DNA of 64,000 nt. Source: Octopus vulgaris (taxonomy: Eukaryota). Location of the stretch: the NCBI GenBank assembly GCA_951406725.2, contig OX597827.1, positions 17,794,001-17,858,000 on the forward strand, given 5' to 3'. The position numbers were made by a program, and so were the translations under genes. The notes below the pieces were generated by a model. It was not told the origin of the DNA. It did not search any database and saw nothing but the letters and a program-made list of their open reading frames with translations. Positions 42,448-55,043 of this stretch are shown here, piece by piece; position 1 is the first letter of the stretch; every line of letters begins with the position of its first letter.

Positions 42448-42658
42448 TGTGTGTCTGTGTGTGTGTGTGTCTGTGTTTATGTTTGTCACCAAAAATCGCT
42501 TGACAACCAATGCTGGTGTGTTTACGTTCCCGATAAAAGACCGATAGACTAAGTACTAGGCTTACAAAAAATGTCCTGGGGTAGATTTGCTCGACTAAAT
42601 GCGGCGCTTCAGCATGGCCACAGTCAAATGACTGAAGCAAGTAAAAGAATAAAAGAAT
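42206..42658 (+). mobile_element. SINE family A, head-to-head with the preceding copy
   Basis: Junction CAGCCA-GGAG-TGGCTG. Confidence 0.85.
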
Positions 42659-42732
42659 ATACATAGCAGAATATCTATTTTCTGCACAATACAGCATGAA
42701 TAATGTAAAGACTTTCTACACCATTAACCAGG

Positions 42733-43030
42733 ACTTCGTCGGTTACAACGATGAGAGTTCCGGTTGATCTGTTCAACGGTTCAGTCTGCACGTGAAATTA
42801 ACGTGCAAGTGGCTGAGCACTCCACAGACACGCGTACCTACAATGTAGTTCTCGGGGAAATTCGGTGTAACACAGAATGTGACAAGGCCGACTTTTTGAA
42901 ATATAGGTGCTTTGAAATATGGAGCAACTGAAATAAAGTGTCTTGCTCAAGGACAAAACGCGCCACCTAGAATCGAACTCACAGCCATACGATCGTGAGC
43001 CGAATACCCTAACCACTAAGCTACGCGGCT
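42733..43030 (-). mobile_element. SINE family D with tail X
   Basis: Family match. Confidence 0.75.
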
Positions 43031-43454
43031 ACGCGGTTTCACTACACTATAAATGTGAGGGAAAAGAGAAAGTGAGTCTCCTGACGGACCGTCTCGCGGT
43101 TTGTTGATCGCTTCTAAGTAGCATGGAAAGACTGCGTTTACATTGTTATTTTGACCACAACTAGATTTTGGAATGGTTAGATTTTTCTCAGTATAACTAT
43201 TTATGTGTGAATGTGCATAGAGAGCGGAAGAAAACTGGTGGCCTATCAAATACGCAATCATTTTTTTCGAGCGAAAACAGTGAAAAGCTTCTAAGTTAAT
43301 TAACTAACCCAGTGGATTTAAACGCTTTATATAAAATTCCATTATACATTCAAAACGTTTTACAGATATATATATATGTAAGGGTGTATGTGTGTATATG
43401 CATATATGTATTGTATGTATGTATGTATGTACGTATGTATACATATGTATATAT

Positions 43455-43497
<43 letters not shown>

Positions 43498-43556
43498 CAT
43501 ATATACATACATATATATTTGTGTGTGTGTGATGTATTTGTTTGTGTGTATGTGTG

Positions 43557-43959
43557 TGTGTGTATAGTAAATCCCAAAAAACAAAGAAACACAAACGAAC
43601 AAAACGTGAGGACGTGGTACATGTAGAGCATTAGCAGACACTCATACACGTTATATGTAAGTATATATATATACATACATATATATATATACACATACAT
43701 ATATATATGTATATATATATACATGCATGCATACATACATATTTACATATACATACATACATACATACATACATGCATACATACATACATGCATACATGC
43801 ATACATACATACATGCATAAATATATACATACATACATACATACATGCATGCATACATACATATAACGTGTATGAGCGTCTGCTAATACTTTACATGTAC
43901 CACGTCCTCACGTTTTATTCTTTTGTATTTCTTTGTTTTTGGGATTTACTATACACACA
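43557..43959. repeat. Inverted duplication of ~100 bp unique sequence around a microsatellite spacer
   Basis: 43557-43659 is the reverse complement of 43858-43959. Confidence 0.9.
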
Positions 43960-44015
43960 TATGCACACACATATATATATGTATATATATATGTATATAT
44001 ATATATGTATATACA

Positions 44016-44051
<36 letters not shown>

Positions 44052-44059
44052 ACATATAA

Positions 44060-44106
<47 letters not shown>

Positions 44107-44771
44107 AGTTTCTCTATAAGTATGCGTACATGTGCTATGTATGTAAGTATCTCTCTACCTACCTATATATACATATATATATATATTAGAAGGTTTCTTC
44201 TAATATATATTTCTTCTGATATATATATATAATTATACATACATGCTTACATGTGTGTGTGTTTTTGTGCATCTATGTTTGTACATCTGTGTGTGTAGGT
44301 TAGGTATACATATATACATACACAGGTATGTGTGTGTGTTTGCATGTGTGTGTGTGTGTGTGTATGTGTGTGTGTGTGTGTTTGTGTGTGTGTAAGGAGA
44401 CGGAGAGAAAGGGAGAGTGTGTGTTTTATTAAGGATAACTTTTTTAAAGATTTTATTGTTCTCATTAAATTTGAAATACTTTGGAGAGAAATCTACTTCG
44501 TGTGTCTTCTATTTCTGCTAAATTTGATATTTTTTTCGCAAAAATAATAAATATTTAATTCTTCCCTTGCTCAGTTTTTAAGGAATTAATAGATAAAATT
44601 TTATATTAAAGAAACTTTTTTGTGTCCACAACAGTTATATTTCTTGGGTATATAAATCAATAGTATTGCAAGCATGCTTTCGTATGCTATGTAGATATAT
44701 ATATGCAAATGTGGGTACGTGTTTGTGAGGCTACGTATATACATTTGCGTGTGTATGCGTTTGTGTGTGTG

Positions 44772-44804
<33 letters not shown>

Positions 44805-44936
44805 TTGTGTATGTGTGTGTGTGCGTGTGTGTGTGTGTGTGTGTGTTTGTGTATGTGTCTGTGTGAGGTGCAAAATTTATTAGAAGTGGTTCACTTGCAG
44901 GCAATATTTTTGAATATCTTCAAGGTAAATTACTCA

Positions 44937-45360
44937 TAGGCGTAGGAGTGACTGTGTGGTAAGTTACTTGCTTACGAACCACATGGTTCCGGGTTCAGTC
45001 CCACTGCGCGGCACCTTGGGCAAGTGCCTTCTACTATAGCCTCGGGCCGACCAAAGCCTTGTGAGTGGATTTGGTAGACGGAAACTGAAAGAAGCCCGTC
45101 GTATATATGTATATATATATATATATATGTATGTGTTTGTATATGTTTGCGTGTCTGTGTTTGTCCCCCCACCCAACATCGCTTGACAACTGATGCTGAT
45201 ATGTTGGCGTCCCCGTAACTTAGCGGTTCGGTAAAAGGGGCCCGATAGAATAAGTACTAGGCTTACAATGAATAAATCCGGGGGTCGATTTGCTCGACTA
45301 AAGGTGGTGCTCCAGCATGGCCGCAGTCAAATGACTGAAACAAGTAAAAGAGTAAAGAGT
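44937..45360 (+). mobile_element. SINE family A
   Basis: Family match. Confidence 0.9.
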
Positions 45361-45374
45361 AAGTGATATGACTG

Positions 45375-45790
45375 AGTCGTTATCACGCCGGGCAAAATGC
45401 TAAGCGATATTTTGTCCGCCCTTACGTTCTGAGTTCGAATTCTGCCGAGGTCCACTTTGCCTTTCAGCCTTTTAGGTTCGGTAAAATAACTACCAGTTGA
45501 ACACTAGAGGCGATTTGATCGGCTTATCACTTTCTCCGAAATTGCTGGCCCTGTACCAATGTTTGAATACAAATAGCTTAAATATCTTAAAGCGGTGAGC
45601 TGAAAGAATTGTTAACACAACGGGCAAGTTACTTAGCGGTATTTCGTCAATTTCCACTTTCTGAGTTCAAGTGCTTCCGAGGTCGACTCTGCCGTTCATT
45701 CTTTCGGGGTCTGTAAAATAAGTAACAGTTGAACACCGGTACTTCGTTCGGAACCGTTGGCCTTGTGTCAAAATTTGAAACCAATATTTT
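45375..45790 (+). mobile_element. Two diverged SINE family B copies in tandem
   Basis: Family match. Confidence 0.75.
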
Positions 45791-45993
45791 AAATATTTAT
45801 TCGTTACGTCAAGAGATTGTTTACTACGAGCTCTCCATAAAATCTTCAGTTTTCGGCAATGAAACACAAATTGTTTAGAGGAACATTTAAAGCCGAAGAT
45901 ACGACAGCAACACAGAGACAAAAAGAAAAAGCACAGCAGCAAGAATAACATCATACACAACCATAATATCAAAGAAAAAAGAGTATCCTGTAC

Positions 45994-46089
45994 CTCAATA
46001 TACAGATGGTAGGTATTTTCGATTTTGTCGATTTTCAGATTGAAGTAGAAACCATACAGAAAAACCACCTCTGGATCATAAACATCCCT
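45994..46089 (-). CDS. BTBD16: Internal coding exon (96 nt, phase 0-0) of a BTBD16-like gene
   Basis: Acceptor TGCTTGTTTATTTCAG| and donor GAG|GTACAG. Peptide RDVYDPEVVFLYGFYFNLKIDKIENTYHLYIE resembles recalled BTBD16 ..TIALYGFFFKIK...YSFYMQ and joins in frame to the 38821-39009 exon. Confidence 0.72.
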
Positions 46090-46304
46090 CTGAAATAAAC
46101 AAGCATATATTCTTTCAAAATGTGACCTCGTGTGTACCGTTGGCGATTTTTTTTTCATCTGTCTTCCCTTCTCTGGATCTTTCCTTCTCCTATGTTTCAT
46201 ACTAGTTTAGCTCATTCAACAGTGTTTCCCCAGCATGGCCGCAGCCTTCGGGCTGAAACATTTTAAAGATTTTAAGGATTTATATATATATATATATATA
46301 TATC

Positions 46305-46612
46305 ACTGTGACCGACCAGGCTATCAGATGTTGCTACACATCGTTGGTCACTACACATGCGCTTCACATTGTTTTAGCCTTTAAATGGCGCCACCCCGCT
46401 GGCTAAGCGAGCAGGCTAACAGAAGAAAGAGTGAGAGAAAGTTGTGGCGAAAGAGTACAGCAGGGATCGCCACCGCCCACCCCACTGCCGGAACCTCGTG
46501 GAACATTAGGTGTTTTTACTCAATAAAAACTCACAACGCCCGGTCTGGGAATCGAAACCGCGATCCTACGACCGCGATTCCGCTGCCCTAACTACTGACC
46601 CATTGCGCCTCC
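46305..46612 (-). mobile_element. SINE family C head with another tail type
   Basis: Head matches the 12256 and 19425-19805 copies. Confidence 0.8.
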
Positions 46613-47301
46613 ATATCTATATATATATATATGTATATATATGTATATATATTGTGTGGTGCAGGAGGCAGCAATTTGCTGAACTCATTCGTTGGCCATT
46701 GTTCCCGCAGGGCACAACCACGCACATACAAGTCCAAAAAGTTCAGGCTGAAAGTCGACAACATCGACCTAACCAATCAAGGCCCCTCAGCAGTGTAACC
46801 TTTCGCTATAAAGTAATCGCAACACGCACACACACACCTACATACACACACATAAATACTTACATACATACATACAGTCATACATACATACAGTCATACA
46901 TAAATACATACATACATACAGTCATACATACAGCCATACATACATACATACATACATACATACATACATACATACAGTCATACATTATATATTATACATA
47001 CATACATATATACATACATACATACATACAGTCATACATACATACATACAGTCATACATACATACATACAGTCATACATACATACAAACATACAGTCATC
47101 CATACATACATACTTACATACATACATACAGTCATACATACATACATACATACATACATACATACATACATACATACAGTCATACATACATACATACATA
47201 CATATATACACACATACATATGTTTGCTTATGGAAGCGTGGGGAAGAATGTATGTGAGCATGCTAATGTATATATACGATTATACATACATACATACATA
47301 C

Positions 47302-47344
<43 letters not shown>

Positions 47345-47407
47345 GTGTACATTGATACATATCATGCATATAGATCCACACTAAAAAATTTCGTGTGTGT
47401 GTATATA

Positions 47408-47458
<51 letters not shown>

Positions 47459-47647
47459 ATGTGTGTGTGTGTGTATGTGTGTGTGTGTTTGTGTGTGTGG
47501 TGTGTGAGTACGTGCAAGTTTATACATTATCATATTGTTAATTTCAATCACACATTAAGCGATGTTATTCACAAATGAAATGTAATTTCATAAATATAAT
47601 CTAAATGAGGTTCACATATAGCCTCAAGCTTTTCAATTCTCTCCTTT

Positions 47648-47726
<79 letters not shown>

Positions 47727-48065
47727 CTTATTCAAATATTTCGAAATCAATTCTATTAAGATTCGACTCAATATTATAATATTCGCATAGATATTTTGTA
47801 TTATTTTATGCTACGGGCTTTACTATCGAGCCTTGCGGCGAAACTTCGTATCCATCGCCGGAAACCAAGACGCCGCTCTCCATTTTTGATACAAAAAGAA
47901 AGAAGCCTGTTTTTGTATTTACTGTTTCTTATTATTAGTAGTAGTAGTATTTGAGATGTTTACTTGCACCATCGTAATTATACGTGTGTGTATTACTAGA
48001 TATACAATGCATTCATAAATATTTATATTATATAAATACATATATAATTATAGATAGATAGATTG

Positions 48066-48175
<110 letters not shown>

Positions 48176-48307
48176 GGATATTAGATGTATACATATAAGC
48201 GTATATAGATAGAGATATAGATTTACATACAAACACACACACATACATGCATGCATGCATACATACATACATACATACATATATACATACATACATACAT
48301 ACATACA

Positions 48308-48341
<34 letters not shown>

Positions 48342-48362
48342 CATACATACATATATATATAT

Positions 48363-48427
<65 letters not shown>

Positions 48428-48454
48428 GTTTATATATATGTATATTAATTTCGC

Positions 48455-48696
48455 TTTTGTTGGTTTCAGCCAGAGGCTGAGTTCATCCTGGGGCACCACC
48501 TTTTGTGTAAATGGTTTTTAATTCAGACTAACTTCCCGGTTTTCTCTCCGGAATTGTTTCTGCTGACGTAGGCGAATTAAACAGAGCTACTCTTCTTTAT
48601 GTTTCCTGTTGCAATGTTAGTTCATCTGCTACCTCAGATAGTAACAATTTGTCTAAACGTTCTTTGAAAACATATACATCTACTCTTCTCAGATCT
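48455..48696 (-). mobile_element. CR1-like LINE 3' end
   Basis: DLRRVDVYVFKERLDKLL..VADE C-terminal motif, then 3' tail GGTGGTGCCCCAGGATG..GGCTGAAAC similar to the SINE A tail. Confidence 0.6.
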
Positions 48697-49143
48697 TGGT
48701 CTTAAGCATGGTTCTTGGTCTCAAGCATTTGTCTTATGAAGAAAGGCTGAAGACGCTCGAACTTTATTCTCTCGAAAAACGCCGCCGTGGTGATCTCATT
48801 CTCGCTCACAACATCATAAGCGGAAAGTGTAAACCTCTCGAAAGAGCTGTTCTTCACTCCTGCTTCAAAGCGTGGGCTGCGGGGTCACTCCGAAAAGCTC
48901 CATACGACGATTTCATCTCAATCGAAGGAGAGGGGCTTTCTCCGTCCGTGTTGCGGATACGTGGAATAAGCTGCCAGACGAGATAGTGAAGATGCCGACG
49001 GCAGCTCGATTCAAAGTCTCACTTGACCAGAAATGGCCTGAACTCTTTGTATGACCACCCTCCCTGTACATAACTCCCTGACCTCCTACATGGCCTTGCT
49101 TTTGCTTTTTGAGCCTATAAAAATTGAACTGAATTGAATTGAA
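48697..49143 (+). mobile_element. CR1-clade LINE 3' fragment
   Basis: LSYEERLKTLELYSLEKRRRGDLI...RGH..F(S)VRV..WNKLP...FKVSLD, followed by a short (GAATT)n tail. Confidence 0.85.
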
Positions 49144-49290
49144 TCTTTGAGGCGGGTTCGGCAGAGTGTTGAAGTTGTACTTCTTCGACACCTAAACTCT
49201 TATAATACTGGATCCTTACTCTACTTGGAGAGGACGGGAAATTTGGTACTCTTCATTGACGTCCAGTTCGCTGAATAGTAATATACACCG

Positions 49291-49418
49291 ATTCTGACTC
49301 CGGGATGATGCTACCCCGCTGGTTCTGTGTAGTCCGATTTCACTCTGTGGGCAAATTCTGACTCCGGGATGATGCTACCCCGCTGGTCCTGTGTAGTCCG
49401 ACTATACTTCGTGGGCAA
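49291..49418. repeat. Tandem duplication of a 64-bp GC-richer unit
   Basis: ATTCTGACTCCGGGATGATGCTACCCCGCTGG...GTGGGCAA occurs twice. Confidence 0.9.
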
Positions 49419-49507
49419 ATAGTATAATGCTTGAAACTTCTCAACATTGAATTGCATGTTATTTTCATCAGCTCACTTCTATATAGCATTCAGAATTTTC
49501 TGCAATT

Positions 49508-49844
49508 TTAGAGTCCAAGAGTCATCAGAGTCCAAGACAGCTTGTGATACTTCATTACCATCTGCAGGGTTGACTGTATGAAGGAGGATATGTTTAAGGG
49601 AGCAACCACAAACAGTAATAGTCTTGGCACAGTTCTCTGAGGGATGCTGCTGAGAATTGACATCTCCTCAAAGAAAGCTCCATTGGCTGCGATTGTCTGA
49701 TTTCTGCATTCTGAAAAGTTAGGCAGCCACTCCTCTATTTTTCCAGCGATACTTAGGTTGCACAATTTGTGACACATCATCCCATGATGAAATATGTCCA
49801 AGACCTTATCAAAGTCACGATATATTACACCTATATTTGAATGG

Positions 49845-49845
<1 letters not shown>
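49508..49845 (-). pseudogene. CR1-like reverse transcriptase fragment
   Basis: VIYRDFDKVLD..HGMMCHKL..WL.NF..R.Q..ANG..SSIPQRTV..LLF resembles DFAKAFD...GVPQGTVLGPLLF. Confidence 0.8.
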
Positions 49846-49894
<49 letters not shown>

Positions 49895-50001
49895 CCACAG
49901 CTCATGAGCTGAAACTAGAATCAATCAATCAATAAATACATAAATACATACATATAAATAAATGTATATATTGTTTAAAACTCGCCAAGAAAATTTTGAA
50001 A

Positions 50002-50064
50002 CCACCTGATGAATGTCTGCTACTCAAAAATTTGATGACAGAAGACAGGAAACGATTGTAGTGG
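50002..50064 (+). ncRNA. Type I hammerhead ribozyme with extended stem II, followed by an AT-rich PLE-like tail
   Basis: CCAC-CTGATGA-ATGTCT...AGACAG-GAAA-CGATTG-TA-GTGG. The tail at 50095-50190 recurs inverted at ~54760-54855. Confidence 0.75.
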
Positions 50065-50421
50065 ATATTAATTATATTTTTTAATAATTGTTACATGTCT
50101 AAATAATATAAATTAATTTATGTATTGGCTTAAGTCTTTCATTGTTTGATTTGCATAATAGTGGTTTTGTCTCTAATTTAATATAATATAATATTTTTAC
50201 TATAAAATTGGATTCAATCTTAAATCTGATTTTTCCCTGTAAGTTTGGATTTATTCCCTAATATTTATTATTAATTTATATATATATATATATATATATG
50301 GAAAATAGTAAAAAGTGAAAAAACTACAGAAGGCTTGTTTTAAAAAGTTAAAATATATATATTTGAGTCATTATGTCAGAAGAATGTTATAAATTTTTTT
50401 CATACAGTGACATAGTTTTTG

Positions 50422-50461
50422 AAGAAATGACCGGTTTCGCGTTCAGCTTTTCAAATTTCTT
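50422..50461 (-). ncRNA. Minimal type I hammerhead, U3:A8 core variant
   Basis: AAGAAAT-TTGAAAA-GCTGAACGC-GAAA-CCGG-TC-ATTTCTT. Confidence 0.75.
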
Positions 50462-51188
50462 ACATCGTTATGTTTTCGTTGAGAAGTGTAAAAAAGTGTT
50501 CCAGATAAGGGGAGGTAATAAGTGATTTCTTCCGGTGTAAGGGAGATAATCGCTTAATATTTCTTACCTTTTTGTGGGGTGAGTTTCTCTGTATAAGAAT
50601 GTTGGAATGGTTAAGTTTGGGTTTGTATTTTTCAATGAAGGATGTTTCCTTGTTTAGTCTAATTTGTGTTGGTGTTCCGATAGCACATTGGTAAAATGGA
50701 AAGATTAAAAATTGTGGTAGTAGTTGCTTTGCGCATTTCTCAATGTGCTCACTAAAGGGTATCATTCTGTATTCTGGGAATGCAATCTGTTGTCGATGCA
50801 GTGTGTATCTACGTCTGAGTGATAGTCCCGTGGATCCCACGTAGTTTTGGCGGCAGCCCGAGCATCTTATGACATAAATTATGTTTTCAGAGGCACAAGT
50901 AAAATTAGATTTGATCTTGAATTTCTGTCCCTCTTTGAAGAGGAATTCTGATCCTTCTAGCAGGTTTGGACATATTGCACAGTTCAGTCTACCACATTTT
51001 TTTACTTTTGCATCCGTAATTTCAGAAAACAATTTTGCCTTTGTGAGAATCTTTTTAAGTGATTTAGGCTGTTTGTAGCTTTTAATGATTTGGTGTATGT
51101 TTAGAATTTCCTTTAATTTGGGGTCCTTATGAAGTATTGGTAAATTCTGGGTGATGATGGTGAAGGCTTCTTTGTTTTTGGGGTTGTA
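50460..51188 (-). pseudogene. Penelope-like linker, zinc finger and GIY-YIG endonuclease ORF fragment
   Basis: YNPKN..LHKDP..SYKQPKSL..KCGRLNCAIC..FTCASENIIYVIRCSGCRQNYVGST..LRRR..H..EH..E..KPKLN; open frame up to the inverted-repeat junction. Confidence 0.9.
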
Positions 51189-51276
51189 TTATCTCCCTTA
51201 CACCGGAAGAAATCACTTATTACCTCCCCTTATGTGGAACTCTTCTTTACACTTCTCAACGAAAACATAACGATGT

Positions 51277-51316
51277 AAGAAATTTGAAAAGCTGAACGCG
51301 AAACCAGTCATTTCTT
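51277..51316 (+). ncRNA. Minimal type I hammerhead, U3:A8 variant, second copy (stem III palindrome broken)
   Basis: AAGAAAT-TTGAAAA-GCTGAACGC-GAAA-CCAG-TC-ATTTCTT. Confidence 0.7.
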
Positions 51317-51477
51317 CAAAAACTATGTCATTGTAGGAAAAAAATTTATAACATTCTTCTGACATAATAACTCAAATATATATTTTTTAACCTTTTAAAA
51401 CAAGCCTTCTGTAGTTTTTTCACTTTTTACTATTTTCTATATATTCAACCACGTGCTTTCACACACCAACTTTCTCA

Positions 51478-51572
<95 letters not shown>

Positions 51573-51728
51573 TGACAGGGCAAGACCGCTAGGTAGTCGG
51601 CCGCATGCTAGAAGTAGATCATCAACGATCAAACTACAAAGAATGTTCTCTAGAGGAAAATTCAGCAAAACACCAGAAACAAATTAGGCGGGCAAGACAG
51701 ATGAAAATTTATATAAATAACAGAATTA

Positions 51729-51805
51729 ATCGCATACCTCGGTTTCAACTATTAACAAAAGAATTACTTACATAATTCAAATGTCCGTAGTCTCGTCAGT
51801 GCGAT
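51729..51805 (-). ncRNA. Type I hammerhead with intact core and extended stem II
   Basis: ATCGCA-CTGACGA-GACTA...GAATTA-TGTAAG-TAATTC...TAGTT-GAAA-CCGAGG-TA-TGCGAT. Confidence 0.8.
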
Positions 51806-52270
51806 CGTTCAGAACAAATGTATTCTGAAAAACTAACCTCAGCTTTCTGTGCCAAAACAGACACGTGTTTAGTTTTACCGATTACATTGGGGATAAATTT
51901 CAAATGTCTTAGTTCTGGTGCGCTAAAAATTCCTGAAGCGAAGAACTGCAGTAAATAATTTACTGCGGTTAATGCTGGCTACTAGAGAACGTATTTATTT
52001 CAATATTTAAATAACGAGGGAGATAAATTAATAATATTAATTATATATATCTTTCTCTCTTTTACTTGTTTTCAGTCGTTTGACTGCGGCCATGCGGGAG
52101 CACCGCCTTTTAGTCGAGTAAATCGACCCCAGGACTTATTCTTTGTAAGCTTAGTACTTATGCTATCATTCTCTTTTGCTGAACCGCTAAGTTACATATA
52201 TATATATACATATATATATACATATACACATACACACATATATATATATATATACATACATGCATATACA

Positions 52271-52321
<51 letters not shown>

Positions 52322-52430
52322 TCACATTCATATTTATGTATATATATAGACAGGCAGACAGACAGATAGATAGACAGACAGATAGGTAGATAGATAGATA
52401 GATTGATATAGATAAGATAGATAGATAGAT

Positions 52431-52517
<87 letters not shown>

Positions 52518-52892
52518 CTTTTATGAGAAATAGGTTGACCCTCACCTACAGGTTGTGACTTCTGCTGATTGGACGTATGGTGTTCTGTAAAGTAATACGA
52601 TATCTGGCGGTCGCAACACAAAGTTTGACAGAATAATCTACGTACTAAAGATATATTGGTACCTTCGGTCAGATATGACCTGGAGCTAAACAGCATCAAA
52701 ACAACGGTAGTCATAAGGTGGGTACGACCCAACCAAAACGACCGGACGCCCTCGATTGACCTGTAAGAAATAACAGCGAAAAGCCCCTCAGGTCACACCC
52801 TACAGTTAGTTTTATTCTTAAAAAATGAAAGGCATTGTAAAATGTAGCGCATGACAACCTTAGAAAGATGTGATTGCCACGGTTGGAAACAT

Positions 52893-53128
52893 TTACTCTT
52901 TTACTCTTTTACTCTTTTACTTGTTTCAGTCATTTGACTGCGGCCATACTAGAGCGCCGCCTTTAGTGGAATCAAATCGATCCCAGGACTTATTCTTTGT
53001 AAGCCTAGTACTTATTCTATCGGCCTCTTATGCCGAACCGCTAAGTTACGGGAACCTAAACACACCAGCATCGGTTGTCAAGCGATGTTGGGGGGGGAAA
53101 ACACAGATACACAACATACATACATACA

Positions 53129-53164
<36 letters not shown>

Positions 53165-53336
53165 CATATATACGACGAGCGTCTTTCAGTTTCGTCTACC
53201 AAATCCACTCACAAGGCTTTGGTCGGCCCGAGGCTATAGTAGAAGACACTTGCCCAAGATGCCATGCAGTGGGACTGAACCTGGAACCATGTGGTTGGTA
53301 AGCAAGCTACTTACCACACAGCCACTCCTGCGCCTA
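52893..53336 (-). mobile_element. SINE family A
   Basis: Family match. Confidence 0.9.
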
Positions 53337-53586
53337 TGATCATTGTTCGATCATATCAACATTTTGTGGTTGTCTCTCGTAGTCCTACAAATACGGTTTC
53401 TTACTGAACAACCAGCACACGTGATTTGTTTAAAGCGAACAAATGTATGTGTTGCACAATGGCTCACTCCGTCCATCCAACGTTTCCCGAACAGGTGCAC
53501 AGTGTACCACACGTCAAATGTTGAAGAAACCGCAGAGCAACGTGAGATGAAACGCGGTGTTTTGCAGAAGAACACGACACACCACT

Positions 53587-53931
53587 AGGTCAAGGAGTTG
53601 AAAGCACGATCTTGAGGTCGCATGGCGTAATATCTAGAGACTAGGCCATGCACCCTCACAAAAGAAAAAAAGTAATAGACTGAATAATAGAAAGAGTGCA
53701 ATGTGTCTACACTGACACAATGCATTTCATACAATAGATAGATAGACAGACTTTTATGAGAAATAGGATGACCCTCACCACCAGGTCAAGGAGTCGAAAC
53801 CACGATCTCGAGGGCGCATGGCGTAGTGTCTAGAGACTAGGCCATGCGCCCTCACAAAAGAAAAAAAAGTAATAGACTGAATAACAGAAACGTGCAATGT
53901 GTCTACACTGACACAATGCATTTCATGCAAT
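53587..53931. repeat. Direct duplication of ~145 bp with a copy of 52510-52546 between the units
   Basis: AGGTCAAGGAG...ATGCATTTCAT occurs twice; the spacer GATAGAC..TTTTATGAGAAATAGG.TGACCCTCACC repeats 52510-52546. Confidence 0.85.
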
Positions 53932-54729
53932 AAAGTTGAGTATGTCAAAGCACACAGTGCTCAATATAATCTCCCATTATGTAGAGGCGTGGATACATAC
54001 AGAACAGGGGATTGGCGAATCACAATTAGCAGTTCGGTAGATTTCCTTTCTGGCCATAGATCTATTTGATCAGAGTTAATCTTCACTTGAAAAATCTACA
54101 TGAATCACGTTCATCTTTCAGTAAGTAAACAACATGTTTGCACATTATATTAACTGCAGATTCTACTGACTGCGCCAGACACGAAATCTCCATTTCCAGC
54201 TCCATCCTTTCTTTTGTCTGCGAAATCAACTATCATTAACCAACATCAGTTCCTTCACTGAAACAGAGATAGCGAAGAGAGAGAGAGAGAGAGAGACGGA
54301 GAGAAAGAGAGACTACTACCTGTCTCATTGTGGTTTAACTGCAACTACTCCCCTTTTATCAATACTTTACTATCAACATCACCACCACTCTACCACCACA
54401 ACTGCAATATTGTTGCCTATTATTACAGTTGCTCTTTATGTATGTGGTACTTTTGGCTTGATATCATGTACGTTGAAAGGAGGTGAGGTCGAGTAAGTGC
54501 ATATTTCTCTCACTGTTATACCATATGTATGTATATATATATACCATTATTAATATTTGAGGGAATATTATTCTACAATATATATACAATTTATATACGT
54601 TATTATTATAATTTTTTTTGCAATTTACTTAATCATCGACATTTTATTATTAATATTTCTATTATATGTAATTTTCTAGATGGTGTAATTTAATTGTTCA
54701 TTTTGAATTGATAAAAGGTGTTTTTTTTC

Positions 54730-54760
<31 letters not shown>

Positions 54761-54972
54761 TATATTAAATTAGAGATAAAACCACTATTAGGCAAATCAA
54801 ACAATGAAAAACATAAGCCAATACATAAAATTAATTAATTTATATTATTTTAAATATATATCAAAAGTATTAAAAGTTTAATAAAAGATAATGAGTAAAA
54901 CACTACGACAACTAATTATCATATATTATACTTGTATATATATATACACACATATATATACACACACACACA

Positions 54973-55043
<71 letters not shown>

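Larger units (their letters stand above)
50296..51443 (-). mobile_element. 5'-truncated Penelope-like element with inverted pseudo-LTRs (Neptune-like)
   Basis: ~250-bp inverted repeats at 50296-50550 and 51188-51443 flank a GIY-YIG ORF fragment; adjacent to (TA)n. Confidence 0.9.

Noticed and set aside
45667-46200. 177-aa ORF as a whole gene
   Set aside because: Only the 96-nt segment bounded by splice sites resembles a protein; the rest runs through intron and SINE sequence.
47808-47855. Stem-loop followed by GAAACTTCGTA
   Set aside because: No CUGANGA-like core upstream.
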